Shown: one piece after another, positions 1 through 12,739 of the stretch
Layout: each line of letters begins with the position of its first letter
How positions within the stretch are numbered: the first letter of the stretch is position 1
From: Lama glama
Taxonomy: Eukaryota
DNA: 64,000 bases
Assembly (NCBI GenBank): GCA_028534125.1
Contig: CM052817.1
Span: forward strand, 28,088,001 to 28,152,000
Direction: 5' to 3'
Notes under the pieces: model-generated
What the model saw: only the letters and a program-made list of their open reading frames with translations
The model's database searches: none
Told to the model about the DNA's origin: nothing
Made by a program: the position numbers and the translations under genes

Positions 1-844
1 TAGGCTTAGCATCCCAAGCACTTTTGGAGGTTATACTCACAATTGGCTGAGGCTGAATATTAACCAGAGATGTCGTCTAGGACATCTGAGCTCTAGAACT
101 ACAGTTATCCTTGGAAGTTTTCTTACATCTTTGTCTGTCAGTGGAAGCCATCTCTAGATTCAAGTCATCCATTACCTAATACTTTACTCCATGTACAGAA
201 GTCCACATTTGGTCCATTGAATTAAAATCAACTAATCTATTACTGTGTTACTCTACTTTACATTCTTTTCATATTGTTTCTGTTAGCATTAATGTGTATC
301 GTTCTTTTGATGACATTGGGTTGGATTTTGTTTATTTTCCAAGGCGTTTCCTGATTGGTTCTGTTTAGTTTTAAAGTCTAAGCTTGCAGTTGGGAGACCG
401 TGAACGAAGATGGAGAATTGGAATAGAAACAAATGGAGAAATGGAGGGGTGTCCTGAAGGGAGCATAGAGGGCAGATGCTAAGGCTGGTGATGAATTCTT
501 ACAAAAGGAAACACTGAATAAAGACACCAGAGGCAAGGTGGAGCCCAGCGTTCCAAATCCTCACTCCTTATACCTCCTCCGCCAGCAACTCCCCAGCAGT
601 TCTTATGGATAGATGATGATCTGTTCTCCTGCCGACTCCTAGAAGAACACACAACCCAAAATATTTATCTAGAGTAAGGTATAGAAAAGTTATAATTCCA
701 GAGCATCCCCTGGGTCTTTTGGTGGCTAGAATTTGGCAAGCAAAGACAGACATCTCTATTGTTTGAAAAGATGGATTTATCTTACTCACCAACTGTCCCC
801 TCTTTTGATTTGGAAATGGGAGGATGAATATGAGAGTAGTTAAA

Positions 845-1201
845 TTAAACAATGAGGGTGCTAGGAGCACCCACCTCCTGTGCAGTTGAAAATCCATGTA
901 TAACTTCTAACTCCCCCTAAACTTATTTACTAATAGGCTCCTGTTGACCAGAAGCTTTACTGATAATGTAAGCAACTGATTAATACCTATTTTGTATGTT
1001 CTACGTATACTTATATATATTTTATGCATTCATGACATACTTAAATTTTTCCTAATTTTTTGATATTTCTAGGCCATGTGATTGTGAGTTTTTTCAAATT
1101 ATTCCAAATCTCCCCCAATTTTTTACAATATATTAATTGAAAAACTCTTCATATAAGTGGACCTTTGCTGTTCAAAGCCATCTTGTTCAAGGGTCAACTG
1201 T
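845..1201 (-). mobile_element. Tigger2a/MER28-like non-autonomous TcMar-Tigger DNA transposon
   Basis: Ends in ...ttgttcaagggtcaactg, the reverse complement of the Tigger2 terminus CAGTTGACCCTTGAACAA; internal 'cagttgaaaatccatgtataactt' also matches the recalled consensus. Confidence 0.75.
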
Positions 1202-1345
1202 GGTTGGAATGCACATTAATAAGGGAAAGAGCTGTCTCGTTGCTGAAAGAGGGACTGTGTAAAGATCTATTCAATTCTTGGGGAACTATCTCTTGTCTAG
1301 TATGAATCTATTCTGTATTGTCTCTGAAAATATCTCCGTGTTCTT

Positions 1346-1348
<3 letters not shown>

Positions 1349-1380
<32 letters not shown>
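1349..1380. repeat. (GT)16 microsatellite
   Basis: Directly visible. Confidence 0.98.
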
Positions 1381-1382
<2 letters not shown>

Positions 1383-1775
1383 GAAAAAGAGAGAGAGGTG
1401 CACAAGTTTGATATAGTTGCTATTTTGTAATTGAGCAGGAAGAAGGAGGAGGCATGTTGTTGTCTCGCACCACTGGGAGGGTGTCATACAAGGCACGTCC
1501 CTGAAGTACCACTATTCATCCATTTACAACCCTCCCCTCTGTTTATCTCATTCTGGACGGAGTTACTCTGTCTTTGGGAAACAAGTTACTAAGTCCAATG
1601 TATTGCACTGGTTTTGAGAGAATGAGAGTTTCCTTAAGTAGAAATGGAAGTTGGCACTGAAGGTCTAAGCATTTGGGGGAAAAAGGAAGAATGGAAAACA
1701 GGACAGGGAAACAAGTCTAGAAACAAGTGTGGCCTCAAACAGACTCCCTGTGAAGGGATTAAGCTATTTTTTTTT

Positions 1776-2275
1776 NNNNNNNNNNNNNNNNNNNNNNNNN
1801 NNNNNNNNNNNNNNNNNNNNNNNNNNNNNNNNNNNNNNNNNNNNNNNNNNNNNNNNNNNNNNNNNNNNNNNNNNNNNNNNNNNNNNNNNNNNNNNNNNNN
1901 NNNNNNNNNNNNNNNNNNNNNNNNNNNNNNNNNNNNNNNNNNNNNNNNNNNNNNNNNNNNNNNNNNNNNNNNNNNNNNNNNNNNNNNNNNNNNNNNNNNN
2001 NNNNNNNNNNNNNNNNNNNNNNNNNNNNNNNNNNNNNNNNNNNNNNNNNNNNNNNNNNNNNNNNNNNNNNNNNNNNNNNNNNNNNNNNNNNNNNNNNNNN
2101 NNNNNNNNNNNNNNNNNNNNNNNNNNNNNNNNNNNNNNNNNNNNNNNNNNNNNNNNNNNNNNNNNNNNNNNNNNNNNNNNNNNNNNNNNNNNNNNNNNNN
2201 NNNNNNNNNNNNNNNNNNNNNNNNNNNNNNNNNNNNNNNNNNNNNNNNNNNNNNNNNNNNNNNNNNNNNNNNNNN
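1776..2275. other. Assembly gap (500 N)
   Basis: N run following a poly-T tract. Confidence 1.
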
Positions 2276-2512
2276 AAACCATCTTATTGAAATGTTAACT
2301 TATAAAAAGCTATCTCTAGTGTATATAATTTGATGAGTTTGGAGATACATATACACTCATGAAACCATTACCATACTCAATGCCATAAACACATCCATCA
2401 CATCCAAGTTTTCTCCCACCTTATTTATTTATTTGTTTGATTGATTATTTATTTATAAGATCCTAACATAAGATCTATCCTCTTAAAAATTTTTAAGTAT
2501 ACCATACATCAT
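2276..2512 (-). mobile_element. L1 3' UTR fragment (L1MA/MB-type)
   Basis: Antisense L1 3'-end motifs (tataatttgatgagtttgga...aacataagatctatcctcttaaaaatttttaagtat). Confidence 0.7.
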
Positions 2513-2513
2513 T

Positions 2514-3230
2514 TTTACAAAACTGCAACGTTACAACAGCATATGGTACTGGCATAAAAACAGATATAGACGAAAGGAGCAGAATAGAGATCCCAGAAAT
2601 AAACACACACGTATGGAGTAAACTGATCCTCAACAAAGATGCCCAAAATACTCAATGGGGAAAGGCTAGTCTCTTCAATAAATAGTGCTGAGAGAACTGG
2701 ATATCCACATGCAAAAGAATAAAATTCGACCCTTTCCATATACTGCACAGAAAAATGAATTAAAGACTTACATGTAAGACATGAAACCATAAAATTCCTA
2801 GAAGAAAACATAAGGAATTAGTCTCTTGACACTGACCTTGGCAATGATTTCTCAGATCTTGATGCTTAGACACCAAAAGCACAGACAACAAAAGTAAAAA
2901 TAGACAAATGGGATTATATAAAACTAACAAGATTCTGCACAGCAAAAGAAGCAATCACCAAAGTCAAAAAGGCAACCTCCAGAATGGGAGAAAATATTTG
3001 CAAACCATACATCTGATAAAGGGTTAATATCCAAAATATACTTTAAAACTCCTTCCGATAACTCAATAGCAAAAAAAAAAAATTGATTTTAAAAGTGGGC
3101 AAAGGACTTGAATACAAATTTCTCCAAAGAAGACACAGAAATGGCCAACGGGTATATGAAAAGGTGCTCAACATCACTAGTCATCAGGGAGCTGTAAGTC
3201 AAAACTACAATAAGAGATCAACCTAACATT
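2514..3230 (+). mobile_element. L1 ORF2 3' portion, degenerate
   Basis: ORF2 motifs ggtactggcataaaaacaga, ctcttcaataaatagtgctg, gaatgggagaaaatatttgcaaaccat, tgctcaacatcactagtcatcagg. Confidence 0.9.
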
Positions 3231-3779
3231 CTTATTAACGCATTTCAAAGCAGGGCCACAGTTATATCACCTTGTGCATGTGATAATCAAGTTCAATTCT
3301 CTCTTGGAAGTCAAGCTCATAAAAGAGAAGGACGTTATTCCCAAACAGGAGGACAACAGAAAGGAAGGCATTAGGGACTCTGGGGTCAGCCTGTCCTATT
3401 TTCTTTAGGCTTTCTCAAGATACACGGTGTATTTTTTTACCTGTTGAGTGATGAGCAATTCTGAGCATACTCTGAGCATTCTATAACTATGGAATTGTTT
3501 GTTCCTTTACAAATGGAAGTTTTATGATCTCTGTGCCTCATCAGTAATGCTGCTTTGAAACAGCATGGATAGGAATCAGGAAAGCAGGTTCCAAAAATTC
3601 CAGTTCTACCATGAAACTTCAGACAGGTGATTTAATTTGTCTGTAAAATGAGGACAGTAATACCGCTCAGGATTATTTTAAGGGTCAATTGAGGTCACAT
3701 AAATTCTCAAAGAGCCTAAGGTCTATCAAGGAATCTTCTGTAGTTCTAGAAATATAACACTCAGTGTGAAGTGGAAAGT

Positions 3780-4440
3780 GTAATATTCCAGCTATTAAAT
3801 AATGAAGAAATGTTAGGTAGTAATAAATCTAGGTAATGCTTAACAATAACTATTAACATCACACACATAAAAAGGGAGACAGACATCATCTATCATGTAT
3901 TCCTAAAAAAAAAAAAAAAAACCCAAATCAGATCAAACCATCAAGCTAAGACTCTAGATCGAATTGCCAGTCTTCAGGAAATATAGGCGGCAAAAATACA
4001 AGTCAGATGACACCATAAGGAAGCAATCATCAAAGTCCAAAATTAAAGAAACTCTACAAGATAAATTGCTTTGTTTCTTCAACAACTTGCTAAGGGAAAA
4101 AAAGAGATTGGAGGAATTTATAGATTAAGAGCAACGCGACGTGAAAACCAAATGAATGTGTGAATATTGTTTGGAAATTGATTCAAACAGCCTAAGATTA
4201 AAAAATTATTTTAGAGACAATCAGGGAAATCTGAATAATGACTCAACACTTCTTGATATTAAGGAATTACTGTCAATTTTTTGGGTGTGTGGTGGAATCG
4301 CAGTTACGTTTTTAAGCAATTTGGTATCTTTTAGAGAGACAAACTTAAATATTCATGGATAAAATGATGTAATGTCTGGGAGCCTCCTCAAAATAACCAG
4401 AAGGTGTAGGGAGGTGGGGGTTGCAGACAGAAGTACATGG
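3780..4440 (+). mobile_element. Old L1 (L1MC-like) 3' UTR fragment
   Basis: gatattaaggaattactgtcaatttt and aaatattcatggataaaatgatgtaatgtctggga resemble L1MC 3' UTRs. Confidence 0.6.
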
Positions 4441-5455
4441 GGACAGACGTGAACCTCCTAGTAAATACACCCAGACAACGAATTAAAATAAGGACATTAT
4501 AAGCATAGTACATAAAGTATGAATTAAAAATCTGTTTTTAGGAAATCTTGAACACGCCATGCTCCCTGTGGAGTAAATTAATATTCACCTATCACAAGCA
4601 TAATTTACACTAACACAAGTTCCAACAAGTTCTCAGGAGTCAAAAATCACAAAACATGGAAACATTATTTTTTTTTTAACACTAAACTTTGAGGTTTTAA
4701 ACACAAATCAATGAGAAGAGTGTCTGTTTATTTCCACAGAAGACTAAACAGTTCTAGAGATACCAAAGACTTGTAATTTGCACATCCTTCTATATTTTTT
4801 CAAAGTATAATTGGAAAGGTGGGTTTTATCTTTTCAGCTGTGAAGGAAATCTGGGGAACGCTTGTGAGATTTATGCTCACCAGCCATGACCCTCAAAAAA
4901 CAAAGAATTCTCGGGGTATTTTTAAAAACTGGTTTGTGATGTACCATTTGTTCCTCAGGCTCCAAGACCTTTTACCGTGGATGCTACAAATGCATTTCAG
5001 CTGCAAATTATTTGCACTGTTAAACTTTAGAGCCCATAAAAACATTCATGCTGATAAAAAAAATTGAAATACTAGATTTCCAGGAAGAAAAATGAAGGCA
5101 AATTACCAGCCAACATTTCTATTTTTAGCAGATTAAATAATCATAATGACTAGAGACTTCAAAGCATCTTGGCTTTATATACACTTCCTTAAATATATAT
5201 AAAACTAAAAAATTTTGGAAAAACCTTTTACATGGAAAATAAAAATATATCTTTAAACACTCAAGCTCAAAAGTCCCCAGTAACATCCAGTCCTCCTCAG
5301 TATAGAGACCACCTTTGGCTTCAGTTCTTGAAACCCACAGCGTTTAAAAGTAATTCTGTAATTAGAGGATGTCCCAAACAAAATGAAGGGAAAAATCACA
5401 GAGCCACCCCATCTCAGACACATGAATCTATCCTCCTTTCATTAAAGGATGGAAT

Positions 5456-5927
5456 CATACTAGTTTGCTAGGGCTGCAGAAACAGAGTGCATGCCACAAA
5501 TTGAGTGGCCTAAACAAAAGAAATGTGTGGTCTCCCAGTTCTGGAGGCTAGATGCCCACCACCAAGGTGCTGGCAGTGTTGGTTCCTCTGCTGGCTGCGA
5601 GGAAGAGCCCCCCCAGGCCTCTCCCCCAGCTCCTGCTGGTTTGCCAGCAGTCTCTGGCGTTCACTGGCTTGTAGAAGCACCACCTTGATCTCTGCCTTTG
5701 TCTTCCCATGGCATTCTCCTTGTGTATGTGGCTGTGTCCAAATTTCCCCTTTTTATAAGGACAGTAGTCATACTGGTTCAGAGCCCTTTCTACCCCAACA
5801 TGATCTGATCTTAACTAATTACATCTGCAACAGCCCTGTCTCCAAATAAAATTACATCCTGCGGTACAAGGGATCATTAGGACTTCAACATAGGAATTTA
5901 AGGGATTAAACAACTCAACATATAACA
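5456..5927 (-). mobile_element. MaLR solo LTR (MLT1B/C-like)
   Basis: MLT1 motifs (cagttctggaggctag, ccaaatttcccctttttataaggac); 5-bp TSD GGAAT at 5451-5455 and 5928-5932. Confidence 0.88.
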
Positions 5928-6284
5928 GGAATTAACATAGTTTATTTGCTCAGATGGTATACAAATGCAATCATCCAGGACATACACAGGGCGGGAGGGG
6001 GGCAACTAAATTAGAAAGGATCTCTACATATCAAAGCTGTATAGATCTATTTTGTTTCAATAATTCATTTATGCATGCATTCAAGAAAACATTGAAAAAT
6101 ATCAACAATGGAAAGACACAATCGGGGATAAAGGAGCTCACATGCCTTAAGGGACAACCTGAGACACGTGCTCTGCACAGACAATTTTTTAACTTATTAT
6201 TCAACATTCATTTAGTGGCAGTGGAAAGAAACTAATATCTTACTAATAAAATGACGTATTTTCTTTATTTGAAAATCATGCATT

Positions 6285-6322
6285 ATGTTGGTGGTATAGT
6301 GGTGAACATAGCTGCTTTCCAA
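6285..6322 (+). pseudogene. 5'-half tRNA-Gly(TCC) tailless retropseudogene
   Basis: ATGTTGGTGGTATAGTGGTGAACATAGCTGCTTTCCAA matches recalled mammalian tRNA-Gly-TCC nt 1-38 at 34/38 (all transitions). It stops in the anticodon loop and is flanked by the direct repeat AAATCATGCATTA (6273-6285, 6321-6333). Confidence 0.88.
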
Positions 6323-7134
6323 ATCATGCATTAAAACTATAATTAACATTTGCTTTTATTTGGGAAATTCTTCCTGGTCACAGTTTTCTGTCATTCATAA
6401 TTAAATAATGTTAATAATTCATACTCATTAAAGATCAAGGTTACAAGACTAGCTACAGCGAATTGTTCAACAAATATTTGAAAGTGTTCTGGCTGCCATG
6501 TTGGCAAAACAGTTCCTACTTTTTTGGAGTTCTTGATCTCTTTTCCGTCCTTTTTTTTTTTTTTTTTTGCAATTTTCAAACTGAATGAAGTCTTGGGAGG
6601 CATACTTAATGGTTCAAACGACTAGATAATAAAATAAAGCACTCATTCTCCTCATATAGCACTACCCCAAGCCAGAATTTCAGATGAGTATGAGTGCCAA
6701 CTTCAGGGAGCTGTCACTGGCTGGTTTCACAACGCACTATACCCATGTATCCCAAAGAGAGTACTCGGAAATAAAGAACACCTGTGGGGAATCTCTTTAA
6801 AGTCTCTGTTTGTTGGCCCCGTGTAGTCAGAGGTAGAGAGCAGGAATGATACACACTGTGCTGGGTGTGTAAGGAATTACTTATAGAACTGTGGCTTGAT
6901 AACACCATATTCCCCATTCACTCCAGTGAGATTTTAGTATCTCCTTATGAATTGGAGCCGCAAGAAGCTCTTTGATGTGTCCCTTAGTTAGTTTTGCTAA
7001 CTAGTAGGGGAAATGAACACATAAATCAGGGAATCTCAAAACTGGGGACACTGTGCAGCTAGAGAAAAAAAACAAGAACATCCCTGTGGTCTGTCTTTTT
7101 TCCAGCTTTACGCACCAGGGAAATCAACTCTCGA

Positions 7135-7370
7135 GTGGTGCAGAGAGTCTGGAATAGACGCCTGGGTACAAATCTCACTTCTGGCATTTACTAACTATGT
7201 GGCCTTGGGCAAATCATTTGACCTTTCTGTATCTTGTTCTCCTCTTGTACAGAACAGTAATAACAACAGTGCTTGCTTTGTGGAGCCTTGTACAGGTCAA
7301 ATATATGAATACCTGTAGACTGTTTGGAACAATGCTTGGTGCATACTAAGCACAAATGCTCGCTATTATT
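7135..7370 (+). mobile_element. MIR SINE
   Basis: MIR core (tactaactatgtggccttgggcaaatcatttgacctttctg). Confidence 0.8.
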
Positions 7371-7739
7371 AGATGTTTGTAACTGAACAGCAAATTATTT
7401 TGCTTGATGTTACATGTTGATCTGAACTCCAAACAAGTGAATTTCTTAGTTGGCGTAGAGTGGGCAGTGAAGCAGCCGGGTGTACATCCTACTCAATAAG
7501 CTTCCTGAAAGGGAAACACTGATCTCTCTCTCCAGGGCAGTCCCACCCCCAGGCAGATGCTCTCTGACCATGCTGATCCTGTTGCACAGCCTTCAGAAAG
7601 CACTTTGCTAAATAGAAAAGAACCACCCAGCATCCTGGTGTACACTCAGCTTACTGAGTCAACCAGCCTCTTACATTTCCTTAATTAGCATGCACAGACT
7701 TCTGCTATGGACTTTCCCTTCATCCCCTTATCAAGGAAT

Positions 7740-8500
7740 AATTGAACAATTTAATAAAATTATACATATTAAAAATATACAATATGATGATTTGGTATAC
7801 ATTGTTACATGATTATCAAAGTCAAGTTATTTAGTATGTCCATCACTTCAAATAGTTAACTTGTGTGTGTGTGTGTGTGTGTGTGTGGAGTGACAAGAAC
7901 ACTTAGGACCTACTCTCAGCAACTTTCAAGTATATATACAGTTTTACTAATAGTCACTGTGTTGTACATTGGCTCCTCAGAATTAATCTTATAACTGAAA
8001 GTTTATACCCTTTGACCTACATCACCTTATTTCTCCTCATTTCTCCTACCCTCTACACCTTGGCAACCACCATTCTCTTCTCTGTTTCAGTGAGATTGGT
8101 GCTTTTTTCTTAATTTTTCTTTTTTATATTCCACATATAAGTGATACCATACAGTAGCTGTCTTTCTCCAACTGGCTTATTTCCCTTAGCGTAATGAACT
8201 CTAGGTTTATCTATGTTGTCACAAATGGTAGGATTTCCTTTTTATGGGCTTCATAATATTCCATTATATATATGTATCTATAATACATTTTCTTTATCCA
8301 TTATTTGTTGACACACACTTAGGCTGTTTCCATATCTTGGCTACTGTGACTATTGCTGCAATGAACATGGAAATGTAGATATCCTTTTTTCATCTCTTTT
8401 GGACATATATCCAGAAATGGGATTGCTGGATCACATGGTAGTTCTATTTTTAATTTTTTTGAGGAACTGCTATACTGTTTTCCATAATGACTGTATCATT
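7740..8500 (-). mobile_element. L1 3' end (L1MA9/10-like) with internal (TG)13 at 7862-7887
   Basis: Antisense L1 3' UTR/ORF2 end (ttccacatataagtgatacc, gggattgctggatcacatggtagttctatttttaatttt). Confidence 0.88.
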
Positions 8501-8538
8501 CTGATACAGATTTTGAGAATGATATTTAAAATGCTAAG

Positions 8539-8911
8539 CATTATGGACTAAATGATTGTGTCCCCCAAAATTCTATGTAGAAGCCTTAACCCCCAATGTG
8601 ATAGCATTTGGCGGTGGTGTCTTGGGGAGGTAATTAGGTTTAGATGAAGTCATAAGGGTGGAACCCCTACGATGGGATTAGTGCACATTTAAAAAGAGGA
8701 AGAGACCAGAGCCCTCTTTCTCTCTGCTGTGTGAGGACATAGCAAGAAAGTACGCCTCAGCAAACCAGGAAGAGGGCTCTCACCAGACAGCAAATCTGCT
8801 GGCACCTTGATCTGGGACTTTCCAGCCTCCAGAGCTGTGAGAAATAAACATTTATTGCTTAAGCCACCCAGTCTATGTATTTTATTATAACAGCACAAAC
8901 TGATTAAGATA
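8539..8911 (+). mobile_element. MaLR solo LTR (MLT1A-like)
   Basis: tatggactaaatgattgtgtccccc...ccagagctgtgagaaataaac...taagata; near-TSD CTAAG/CTAGG. Confidence 0.88.
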
Positions 8912-10429
8912 CTAGGTAATTACCTTTGGATAGTTGTTGATTCTTCTCAGGGTCTTTCAAATGCCACCTCTAAGGTATAGATTACCATTTACTTATACAG
9001 GCACTCAGATACTGTTTATACTGAAATGATTTTAAATTACAGACTATAAAATATGAGAGTGTTGTTTTCTGGGTATTCTTTGCCAATAATTATTAATATA
9101 TACAAAATTGGTAAGTTATAACTAGGATAAACATCTATTTTAAAGATGAGAAAACCGAAGCACAGAAATCTATCTACTAGATTTGTGACAATACTCAGCC
9201 TTAGATCTTTTACTTGTATAACGTGGTCATAGTGATGAATACATATGATAACAAATGTAAATTCCTTTTCTCAATGCCAAGCATTCAGGAAGCATTCAAT
9301 GAATTATAATTTCAACACTCTAAATGAAATATAAATGAATTAAAGAAGTTTTGCACCCTCACTTTAATATCTAAGAGTACTGCCTCCAGGTTGTAACAGA
9401 ATTTTACTCTTCTACAAAAGTTCAGAGATAATTTAAGACCAATCCCTCCAAGAAAGAAGCTTAAAGAAATTTTTTACTGGCCTGAGAGAGCATAGAAAAT
9501 CTTACTATAGCTAAAGCCTGACTAGGGTCTACTATTGGCCAGTAAAACATTTATTAATTAAATCCTCTTTATGTTTTATTTAACATAACTATCCTCAATG
9601 TACTACATCCCAAGCATGGTCTATCCTGGTTACCTGTGTTTCTTAGAAGCCATTCCAAGCATCTTATTATCTTGTTCATTTCTCTTTGACTATTTTCATG
9701 ATCCTCCTTTTGGGGCTATGTCAATAGATAAGTGACATCATTCTAGAGGGTTGCCTTGTGGCCCTGACTCTGGCGCTAGTCCGTCGCTTTCAGTCTTGGC
9801 CCAATGCCACATTAGTTTCATACTGATTCACCAGTTGGCAAGAAACCAAAGTGTTTCTAGCCCTGGGAACTACAAGAGACAAAATGAAGTGGAGATGGCA
9901 GCACAGAAACCCAAAGTCAAAGGCTCACTTCCAGCTCTTGGCCCAGCACTGAATACAGGAGGAAAACATTCAATAATGCCAGCAAACACTGGGAATTTTA
10001 CAGGGTATGCTGAGTAACTGTTGGCTTTTTCACAACTTCTGGCATGAACAATGCATTGAAAGAACACTAAATCACCAATGATTCCTTCTCCATTTCTAAA
10101 ACTCTAAAACCCAAACTATTTTTCCTTAAAGTCTTCGATTTGAAATGGATATTAGAGGTTTTAATTCAGCCTCCCAAACAACACCAAGTTTTATAACCGT
10201 CCCTCAGATGACAGCCAGCTCCACTGTTTGACAGATCCAGTTATTAGAAAGTCTTTATTTTCATTCAGTGAAACCCGCCTTTCTGTAACTTTCAGGTGCT
10301 GATCAGAAAAATCAATCCTAAGACCACAGCATTTCAAAATTGGCAAGAACCTCAAGATGGTTCTGCTCTCTAGAACAACCGCAAATTAAATCTTATCACA
10401 TTAGAACGCACACGACTTAGGATTTCCTG

Positions 10430-11280
10430 AATAATTAATCATCTCAAACATCCTAAAAAACCAACGTTTATTATCTCTCGTCTGGGTGATTCTTCCAGTC
10501 TGGCCGGATGGTCTGGGGTGGCCTGATTCACACACCTGGCAGTTGTCAGGCTGGTGGCTCTGGAGGTGGCCTCAGCTGGGACTGTTTGGTCTTTGCTCCA
10601 CATGGTACTTCGTCCTCCAAGAGGCGACCCCGGGCTTCCTCACATGGTTATGTCAGGGTACCAAAGAGCAGCACTCTTACAGCCTCTGACGTGCCACGTT
10701 TGCTAACATCCTTTTGGCCAAAGCAAATCACATGGGTGTACTGGGTTAGATAGTGTCCCCTATTAAGTTCATGTCCTTCCCAGAACCTCATAATGTGAAC
10801 ATCAGTGGAAACAGGGTTAGGACAGATGTAATTAGTTAAGTTATAGTAAGGTCATAATGCAATAGGGTGGGCTCTTAACCAATGTGACTTGCTTTCTTAT
10901 AAGAGGAAAAGAGACACAGAAACATATGGGGGAATGCTGCGTGATGACTGAAGGGGACCAAGGGTTGCCATCAACATCTGTAACTAAGAGAAAGGCATGG
11001 AACAGATTCTCCCCTGGAGACTCCGGAGAGAGCATGGCTCTGCCAACACCTTGACTTCATACTTCTTGCCTCAAAAACTATGAGAACGTTTCTGTTGTTT
11101 TAAGCCCCCCAGTTTGAGGTGGTTTATTATGGCAGCCCCAAGAAACAACACACATGACCAAACAGATTCAAGTGATGGAGAAGAAAACATCACCACTAAA
11201 AGGAAAGAACAGAAATGTCACCTTGCAAAGTGATGTGCACAGGGATGGGAAGAATCTGCAGCCACGTTCTCAACTTACTA
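10430..11280. mobile_element. Older antisense MLT1 LTR interrupted by a younger sense MLT1C-like LTR (10736-11152)
   Basis: Host motif ggccaaagcaaatcacatgg resumes as catgaccaaac after the inner LTR; CATGG/CATGA near-TSD. Confidence 0.75.
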
Positions 11281-11476
11281 GAGAGCCTTTCAAGCATCCG
11301 ACACTTACCCCTCTTTGTCATCCCTTCCAGGACAAGTTCTCCCAGTTCCTGTAACAAAGTCACAAAACCCCTCCCATGTAGGCTGCTCCCTCGTTGTATT
11401 ACAAACTTGTGAGAGGCAGGGCAGTGATCTTACTATCCACCCCACAAGTTTTCTCTTGAGCGGCACTACTGAGTTC

Positions 11477-11980
11477 TGTATTAGTTAGGCTGACTTTGGC
11501 TGCAAGTAATAGACGAATCTGACTAACACGGGCTTAAAATATAAGATTGCTTACTGCTTTGCTTAACAAGAAGTCTGGAGACAGCTGATCCCAAGTGTGG
11601 TAACTCCACAGTGTCAAGGGTTATGTCAAGATCTCTGAAGTTCTCTTAGCCTCGCCTGAGTGGCTGCCAGAGGTCTGCCTTAGCTCTGAATATCCTACTT
11701 TCATGTGGCCATGACCCAGGTGGGGCAAAGGAGTGGACAGAGGAGTGAGAGAGAAGTTTCCTGACCTGCTTCTGTCCTGCCATCAGGAGGGAAATGTTTC
11801 TCAGAAGTCTCTCAGAAAATTTTCCCACAGTCTCTGGCTAGAACTGAGCCAAACAGCTACTCTTAGGTCCACGGAGGCTTAACGAGCAAGTTCCTGCTTG
11901 GTCAGCTCTACTGGGGGCACCAGTAAGGTAACAGCTGTGGGGTATGGTTCTTGGGCAGCCAACCAAGAGTGTCAGACACG
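11477..11980 (-). mobile_element. Old MaLR LTR (MLT1J/K-like)
   Basis: tgtattagttagg...ggctgcaagtaataga...ggccagaactgag-type motifs. Confidence 0.6.
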
Positions 11981-12124
11981 ACTCCTCACAAATACGTGAT
12001 GTTCTGAGGCGGGCATGTGGATGCGGTCACTTTTATGTAACGTATTTTTAGAGATGACGAAGCAATTTTAACCAGCTCTTGAAATTAGCAAGTAATGTAC
12101 TCATTCTATAGGATAGGGCATAGA

Positions 12125-12365
12125 GAAAAGTAATTAAACATGAGACCTCTGAGATCAGACTATCTGAATTCAAACCCCAACTTTTAATTTAGCAAGTGTG
12201 TGACCATGGGTAAATTACTTAACTTCTCCTTGTCTTCGGTTCTCCATCTTAAAAATAAAGATAATAACAGTATCTACTCATAGAGTGGCAAAGATTAAAT
12301 GTAGTACACTTGTTGCAATGTCCAGCACATCGTAAATATTCAACAAATATTAGTCATTACTATTA
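12125..12365 (+). mobile_element. MIR SINE
   Basis: tgtgtgaccatgggtaaattacttaacttctc...aaaataaagataataacagtatctactcatag. Confidence 0.8.
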
Positions 12366-12739
12366 TCCCTGTGCTCACTCCCACTATGGGATAAGATAAG
12401 GGCCAGAGATGGAACAAGGAACAATGATGTTAGTGTACATGCATTTACATAAAAATCCTGTAAGTACACAAAGGGACTACTAAAAGTGACTACCTCCGGT
12501 AGGGAGACAGAGGCTTTTTAGTGAATACCTTTTACATATTTGAATTATGAGAATGCATACTATCTAGTCAAAAAATATTTAAAGTCCCCATTATGTATTT
12601 AAATCAATTAGGTTCTGATTTCAAGAAATGATAAGGCAAAACATTTTCCAAAATGCTAGCAATAGTTATCTTTGGGCAACTGACTTTATTTACATATTTT
12701 TACTTTCCTGGAACTTTTCTCCTCCCCACCACTGAAAGA

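Noticed and set aside
1644..2333. Long ORFs spanning N runs (also 23577-24412, 39803-40336, 57430-58123)
   Set aside because: Artefacts of 500-N gaps translated as X
6714..7001. Possible two-exon minus-strand structure (acceptors near 7001 and 6782, GTAATT donor near 6882)
   Set aside because: Weak donor, only open frame ends in TAA at the junction, and no recognisable protein
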